Shown here: positions 27,375 through 32,000 of the stretch, piece by piece
Layout of the letters: every line of letters starts with the position of its first letter
Numbering within the stretch: position 1 is the stretch's first letter
Source: Candidatus Iainarchaeum sp.
GTDB taxonomy: Archaea > Iainarchaeota > Iainarchaeia > Iainarchaeales > CSSED10-239
Assembly: GCA_028700115.1 (NCBI GenBank)
Contig: JAQVTI010000008.1
Coordinates: forward strand, 1-32,000
Direction: 5' to 3'
DNA: 32,000 bases
Made by a program: the position numbers and the translations under genes
Notes under the pieces: generated by a model
What the model was told of the DNA's origin: nothing
Databases searched by the model: none
The model's input: only the letters and a program-made list of their open reading frames with translations

Positions 27375-28893
27375 CTTTTTTTCTTTTTTTATAATTAGAA
27401 TGAATTTCAGAAATTAATTTTTCTACAATTTGTTTTTCTGAAGATTTAATATCTTCAATTAGTTTATTTAATTTATTATTTTTATTATTTCTATTATTTT
27501 TATGCTTTTTTCTATATTGCTTCAATAACTTTTTTTCCTCAGAAGATAAATAAAAGAAAAAATATTTTAAAGAATAAAAAACTGGTCTTTGAAATAAAAT
27601 TTTTTTATAAATATTTATTTTATTAAGATTAGGGTCTTCTATTCTTCTTGCAAAAAAGTATGCAATTAATCTAAAAAATGCAGATATAATTAAAACTAAA
27701 ATTAATGCATTTTTTTCATTAATACTAATTTTTTCAAAAAGACTAATTAAAAAAGAACCAAACAAGGTTCCTAAAAAAACAGCAGTAGATTGAACAATTG
27801 TAAAATATGCAGAATGATCCATTAAGTCTTCTTTTATATTTCTATAAAGATAATTTATAATAGATAAATTAAAACCAGATAAAACAACCCCACTAAAAAA
27901 TGAAGTTAAAATTAAAACCCAATAATAATTATAAAACAAAGCAGGAAGCAAAACAAATAAAGGTACAAACAAAGAACATGCTCTAAATATTTTTACATTT
28001 CCATATTTATCATTAATATAACCCCAATAAAATAAACTTAAAATACCTCCAAGAATATAAAATATTTTCCACCAAATATAATGAGAATAATTCATTTTTA
28101 AAGAAGTTAAATAAAAATAAGGTAAATAATAACTACCAATATAAAATCCAAAATAAAAAATTACTACAAAAATAAGATATTTTAAAAAGACTTTATCTTT
28201 AAAAATTTCTTTTTTAACAAAAGCTAAATCTCTTTTTGGAAAATTATCTAGTTCTTCTTTAAATTCTTTTTTTGTTTGTATTTGACTAATCTTATTTAAA
28301 TATCTTCCAGATATAAATCTAGAAAATCCAGCAAACATAAAAATTAAAGTAAATCCAATAAATGCTTCTGAATAACTTTCTAAAACATTTAATAAATATC
28401 CAGAAAAAATTAAAGGAATAAATGCAAAAAGTTCAATAATTAAATTTTTTCTTGCAAAAAGAGAGCCTATTCTCTCAACTGGAAAAACTCTTCTAATCCA
28501 ATCCATATATACTGGATGAACAACAATACCTAAAGTGTGAATTATTATATAAAATAAGATAGAAAGCCAAATTGTAACTTGATTATTAAAATAAATATAT
28601 AAAACAGATAATGGAAGCCATAAAAAAGCTTGAAGTGTTACAAAAAAAACAACAGCTTGTTTTTTTGAATCAAAATGTCTTAAAACCTGATAAGATAAAA
28701 GTGAAAAAAATGAACCTATAAAAATTGGAAGTGAACTTAAAAGCCCAACTTGAAAAGAATTTGCTCCTAAAGATATTACAAAAGGAACTAAAAAAGTTAG
28801 AGCAATTGAATTCATAAAAGACCAAAAAATAGAATCTTTTAAAGAATATTTAAAGTCTTTTCTAATTTGTCTTTCTGTATTTTTAAAAGTCAT
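27355..28893 (-). CDS. Major facilitator superfamily transporter
   Basis: About 12 predicted TMs, MDWIRRVFPVERIGSLFARKN, GYINDKYGNVKIFRACS. Overlaps the 3' end of herA convergently by 20 bp. Confidence 0.8.
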   Translation of the reverse strand: MTFKNTERQIRKDFKYSLKDSIFWSFMNSIALTFLVPFVISLGANSFQVGLLSSLPIFIGSFFSLLSYQVLRHFDSKKQAVVFFVTLQAFLWLPLSVLYIYFNNQVTIWLSILFYIIIHTLGIVVHPVYMDWIRRVFPVERIGSLFARKNLIIELFAFIPLIFSGYLLNVLESYSEAFIGFTLIFMFAGFSRFISGRYLNKISQIQTKKEFKEELDNFPKRDLAFVKKEIFKDKVFLKYLIFVVIFYFGFYIGSYYLPYFYLTSLKMNYSHYIWWKIFYILGGILSLFYWGYINDKYGNVKIFRACSLFVPLFVLLPALFYNYYWVLILTSFFSGVVLSGFNLSIINYLYRNIKEDLMDHSAYFTIVQSTAVFLGTLFGSFLISLFEKISINEKNALILVLIISAFFRLIAYFFARRIEDPNLNKINIYKKILFQRPVFYSLKYFFFYLSSEEKKLLKQYRKKHKNNRNNKNNKLNKLIEDIKSSEKQIVEKLISEIHSNYKKRKKANQKKH

Positions 28894-28966
28894 AAGTATT
28901 CACAAATATTTTTTATAAAATATAAATACAAGAATAAGTTTATAAAGAAAACATATTTTATAAAAA

Positions 28967-29040
28967 TGCTCGAAGGGGGATTCGAACCCCCGTTATCAGA
29001 GTGAGAGTCTGATGTGATTACCGAGCTACACTATCCGAGC
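28967..29040 (-). tRNA. tRNA-Glu (anticodon CTC)
   Basis: Reverse complement GCTCGGA-TA-GTGTAGCTCGGTAATCAC-A-TCAGA-CTCTCAC-TCTGA-TAAC-GGGGG-TTCGAAT-CCCCC-TTCGAGC-A; no encoded CCA. Confidence 0.93.
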
Positions 29041-29062
29041 AAAAAAATAAAAAGAAAAAAAC

Positions 29063-29386
29063 CTATTTAACAAACTCAATTGCAATAGGATATTTATATT
29101 TTTCTGAATTACTTGCTTTTACACAACCAATTATTAAAAACACAATATTAGCAATACCTATTAAAAATAAAAGTAAAGCACCAATTAATACTATTAATAA
29201 AAATATAGAAACTATTACTGCAATAGTAACTGTTATTTGAAAATTTAATGCTGTTTTTGCATGTTCTCTTGCAAATTTATTTTTTTTATCAATTACTAAA
29301 TAAATAATTAAAGGAGCAACAAAACCAGTAAATATTGCAAGTAAATGAGAAAGCATTGCCATATTTTTTTCATCAGAACTAACCAT
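29063..29386 (-). CDS. DUF4870 family membrane protein
   Basis: NMAMLSHLLAIFTGFVAPLIIYLVIDKKNKFAREHAKTALNFQ. GGAGG 7 nt before the ATG. Confidence 0.88.
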   Translation of the reverse strand: MVSSDEKNMAMLSHLLAIFTGFVAPLIIYLVIDKKNKFAREHAKTALNFQITVTIAVIVSIFLLIVLIGALLLFLIGIANIVFLIIGCVKASNSEKYKYPIAIEFVK

Positions 29387-29417
29387 AATTTTCCCTCCAT
29401 TTTATAAATTATAAAAA

Positions 29418-29490
29418 TGCCTCGAGCCAGAGTCGGACTGGCGGTCTCCAGATTATGAGTCTGGCGCTTTAACCACTAAGCTACCGAGGC
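29418..29490 (-). tRNA. tRNA with anticodon CAT (elongator Met or Ile2)
   Basis: GCCTCGG-TA-GCTTAGTGGTTAAAGC-G-CCAGA-CTCATAA-TCTGG-AGACC-GCCAG-TCCGACT-CTGGC-TCGAGGC-A. Confidence 0.9.
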
Positions 29491-29594
29491 AATAAATACA
29501 AATTTATTAAAAAAAGATTAAACTCTCACAATTTATATATATCTTTGAAACATTTTATTTATATAGCTTTCTCTATATCTTTAAAAAATAAAAA

Positions 29595-30257
29595 CTACCT
29601 AGTTTTTGTTATAATTTTATCTTGTTTTTCATCATAAATAAAAACTGTTTCAGCAAGACCTATAAACAAACCAGTCTCTAAAACTCCTGGTATATTTCTT
29701 ACAGAAGATTCAAAATCTTCTAAAGATATATTATGATCTAAAGTTAGTCTTGCTAGATAATGACCAATTTCGGTTTTTATAAAATCCCCATCTAAATCTT
29801 TAACAACTCTTGCAAGTCCATAACTTTGCAAATTTAAAACAGTTCTCTGCCAAGCAAAAGTACTTATTTCTAAATAGATATCAGTATCTAAATTTTCAAC
29901 TAAATCTTTTGTAGAAACAACAACTAAATTTAAAGCAGATTGAGCAATCATTTTATCTCTTATAAAAGAAAAAGTATCTTTTTTAATAAAATTAAAAAAA
30001 GAATCTACATGATCTACAAACTCAATTGCAAGATCAATCTCTTTATCATTTAAAGAAATCATATCTTGAGATAAATCATGTAAAATTTTTGCTTGTCTTG
30101 AAGAAGTAGGTACAAAATATACTTTTAAATCTAAATTTTTTACTTTTTCAACAATATATTCTAAAAATATTTTTTCTTTCTCAAAACCACCAACTGCTAT
30201 AATATTATTATTTTTTATAAGTTTTACAAAATTAATTGCAATTAGTTCTAAATTCAT
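29595..30257 (-). CDS. Ribose-5-phosphate isomerase A-like protein (divergent)
   Basis: VPTSSRQA, IDLAIEFVDHVDSFFNFIKKDTFSFIRDKMIAQSA, and C-terminal NIPGVLETGLFIGLAETVF typical of RpiA. Confidence 0.7.
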   Translation of the reverse strand: MNLELIAINFVKLIKNNNIIAVGGFEKEKIFLEYIVEKVKNLDLKVYFVPTSSRQAKILHDLSQDMISLNDKEIDLAIEFVDHVDSFFNFIKKDTFSFIRDKMIAQSALNLVVVSTKDLVENLDTDIYLEISTFAWQRTVLNLQSYGLARVVKDLDGDFIKTEIGHYLARLTLDHNISLEDFESSVRNIPGVLETGLFIGLAETVFIYDEKQDKIITKTR

Positions 30258-30375
30258 AATTATCTTCTTATTTTAATATATTTAAATAAAAATAATATAT
30301 ACTATAATATTTAAAAAAACATGTATTTTGTTAAAAGAAAGAGTTTATATTATATTTGCACATAAGATATATTAG

Positions 30376-30435
30376 GCAATGATGATATTGAACACCTGCT
30401 GATTTCATGATGATAGATGGGCGGGCTGAGCCTTT
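30376..30435 (+). ncRNA. Box C/D guide sRNA
   Basis: Terminal stem AGGC/GCCT; C ATGATGA 30381-30387; guide TATTGAACACCTG; D' CTGA 30401-30404; spacer TTTC; C' ATGATGA 30409-30415; guide TAGATGGGCGGG; D CTGA 30428-30431. Confidence 0.93.
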
Positions 30436-30454
30436 AGAAATTATTTTAAAAAAA

Positions 30455-30646
30455 TTATTTTTTAGATTCGATTCTAGAAATTCTATTATTTAAAATTTCT
30501 ATTTTAGACTTTAAAACATCTAATTTTGCATCAGTTGAATTAAAAGGTAAAATTTTTTTTTCAAATTTTAAAACCCTATTTAAAATAATATTACCTATAA
30601 AAAAAGAAATTATTAAAATAAATAAAATAAGAACTAAAACATCCAT
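30455..30646 (-). CDS. Small single-pass membrane protein with C-terminal coiled coil
   Basis: MDVLVLILFILIISFFIGNIILNRVLKFEKK...LDVLKSKIEILNNRISRIESKK. GTGAT-TTTT-ATG precedes the ATG. Confidence 0.6.
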   Translation of the reverse strand: MDVLVLILFILIISFFIGNIILNRVLKFEKKILPFNSTDAKLDVLKSKIEILNNRISRIESKK

Positions 30647-30667
30647 AAAAATCACAATTTTAAAAAA

Positions 30668-31501
30668 TTATACAATTTTAAAAACTCCTTTTCTTTTTTC
30701 AATAACAAGACAATCTTCTTTTAAAATTTCAATTAATATTTTAGAAATATCTTCAGAAATATTTAAATTAGAAATAACTTTTTCAATCCCAAATTCATTT
30801 TCAAAATTAGTTTTTAAAAAAAGGTCTTTAAGATCATTATATAAATCTACAGAAATAATATAATAATTAGAATCAAAAGATTTTAAACCAATTATTTCAT
30901 TGTTCTGAATTTGATTTTTATATTTATCTAAAAATATATTTACATCTTTTTGATTTTTAATAATTAAATAATTATTTTCTTTAAATTTATTTAAAATATC
31001 AACATCTAAATAATTATTTGAAATATTATTATCTAAAATATTTAATTTATCAAAATCAATTTTATATATTCCTTTTTTATATTTATCAGATAATTTAAAA
31101 ACATTAATTTCTTTATTTTTAAGCATTTCTTTAAAAACTTTTAAATCTTTAAAATTTAAAAATTTCTCAAAACTGCCTTCAACTTTATCTTTTGAGGTTA
31201 TATTTTTATCATTTAATAAATCAAATATTTTTTTTTTAATTGATTTATCTTCAAAAGAATCATTTTCTAAAATATCAGATTTTTTATAAGATTCTTTTTT
31301 AGAAAAATTATTATAAGTAGAATTATCTAAAATAACATCATTTGATAAACCATCTAAATTATTATCTAAAGAAACAATTGCTAAAACTTCTTTTGAAATT
31401 GGTTTTAAAACTAATTTTTTATTTATAAAATTAGAAAGTAAAAAACAATCATTTCCTTCTGGATTTAAAAAATAAATATTATCTTTTTTTATAATTTTCA
31501 T
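30668..31501 (-). CDS. Hypothetical protein (277 aa)
   Basis: Long ORF overlapping the upstream PIN-like ORF by 4 nt, consistent with translational coupling. Confidence 0.6.
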   Translation of the reverse strand: MKIIKKDNIYFLNPEGNDCFLLSNFINKKLVLKPISKEVLAIVSLDNNLDGLSNDVILDNSTYNNFSKKESYKKSDILENDSFEDKSIKKKIFDLLNDKNITSKDKVEGSFEKFLNFKDLKVFKEMLKNKEINVFKLSDKYKKGIYKIDFDKLNILDNNISNNYLDVDILNKFKENNYLIIKNQKDVNIFLDKYKNQIQNNEIIGLKSFDSNYYIISVDLYNDLKDLFLKTNFENEFGIEKVISNLNISEDISKILIEILKEDCLVIEKRKGVFKIV

Positions 31502-32000
31502 AAATTATCAACAAACTCATTAATTTCTTCAAAAGAAACACTACAACCTCTAAATTTAAAAGCATAAAGACTAGCTTTAATATTTTCTTTATTTAAATAT
31601 AAATCTTTTAAGAGTTTCTTTTTATATGCAAAAGCTAAAAGATCAACTGACCTAATTGCATTTACATTCCCAATAAGTTCTTTAAATTTAATATATTTAT
31701 TTTCATCAAAAGAAATTTTATTAGTATTATTTTTTCTTTTTAAAATTTTTAATAAACCATGAGGTTGTTCAATTAACATTCTTGTTGTTCTTTCATCAAC
31801 TGCTAAATAATTTGCATTTGTTAACCCTAAAAGAGCTAAACATTCTGCCTCTCCAAGTTGTATTATTTTTAAAGGTCTATTATTTATATAAAACATATTA
31901 TTTGTTAATTCTAATATTTTTTTTGTAACTTCATCTAATTCTTTACTACCTTTAAAAATGTTAAAAACATTAAAATTAATTTTTTCTTCAATTCTAATTC
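31498..32000 (-). CDS. PIN-domain-like protein, partial (open at right edge)
   Basis: IIQLGEAECLALLGLTNANYLAVDERTTRMLIEQP resembles the GEAE..AL......L.iDD...R.. half of PIN domains. The frame stays open upstream of the track start (31896) to base 32000 (...IRIEEKINFNVFNIFKGSKELDEVTKKILELTNNM). Confidence 0.6.
   Translation of the reverse strand, partial: IRIEEKINFNVFNIFKGSKELDEVTKKILELTNNMFYINNRPLKIIQLGEAECLALLGLTNANYLAVDERTTRMLIEQPHGLLKILKRKNNTNKISFDENKYIKFKELIGNVNAIRSVDLLAFAYKKKLLKDLYLNKENIKASLYAFKFRGCSVSFEEINEFVDNL

Noticed and set aside
1-32000. CRISPR array, transposon/IS, prophage or canonical defence island
   Set aside because: No spaced direct repeats with unique spacers, no transposase/integrase/Cas motifs, and no terminal inverted repeats recognised. 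The intein is the only clear mobile element.

Overview
This 32 kb AT-rich window looks like a chromosomal segment of a low-GC archaeon, probably DPANN (Woesearchaeota/Pacearchaeota-like). That placement is inference from eL42 (L44e), HerA, NurA, an XPD/Rad3 helicase, BHB-type tRNA splicing signals and a box C/D sRNA. Recognisable genes: a 2638-aa membrane-anchored surface protein next to a class III pilin-like N-terminus, an isolated phosphohistidine swiveling domain, NurA-like nuclease, HtpX, LemA, PEP synthase, a flavodoxin/ferredoxin fusion, XPD-like helicase, eL42, HerA, an MFS transporter, DUF4870, an RpiA-like protein, and a PIN-like protein open at the right edge. Three tRNAs are present: Trp(CCA) with a 116-nt intron, Glu(CTC) and Met/Ile(CAT). 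Main highlights: (1) a 407-aa intein inside the HerA Walker A P-loop, splitting GKRGGGK|S, with a probably crippled second LAGLIDADG motif; (2) a textbook box C/D sRNA at about 30376-30435 outside the ORF track; (3) a tRNA-Trp intron with a canonical BHB motif; (4) a recurring GTGAT-N4-5-ATG start context that makes ORF callers pick the GTG of the ribosome-binding site as the start; (5) a stand-alone PEP-utiliser swiveling domain preceded by a frame-broken upstream ORF. I found no CRISPR array, transposon, prophage or recognisable defence island.
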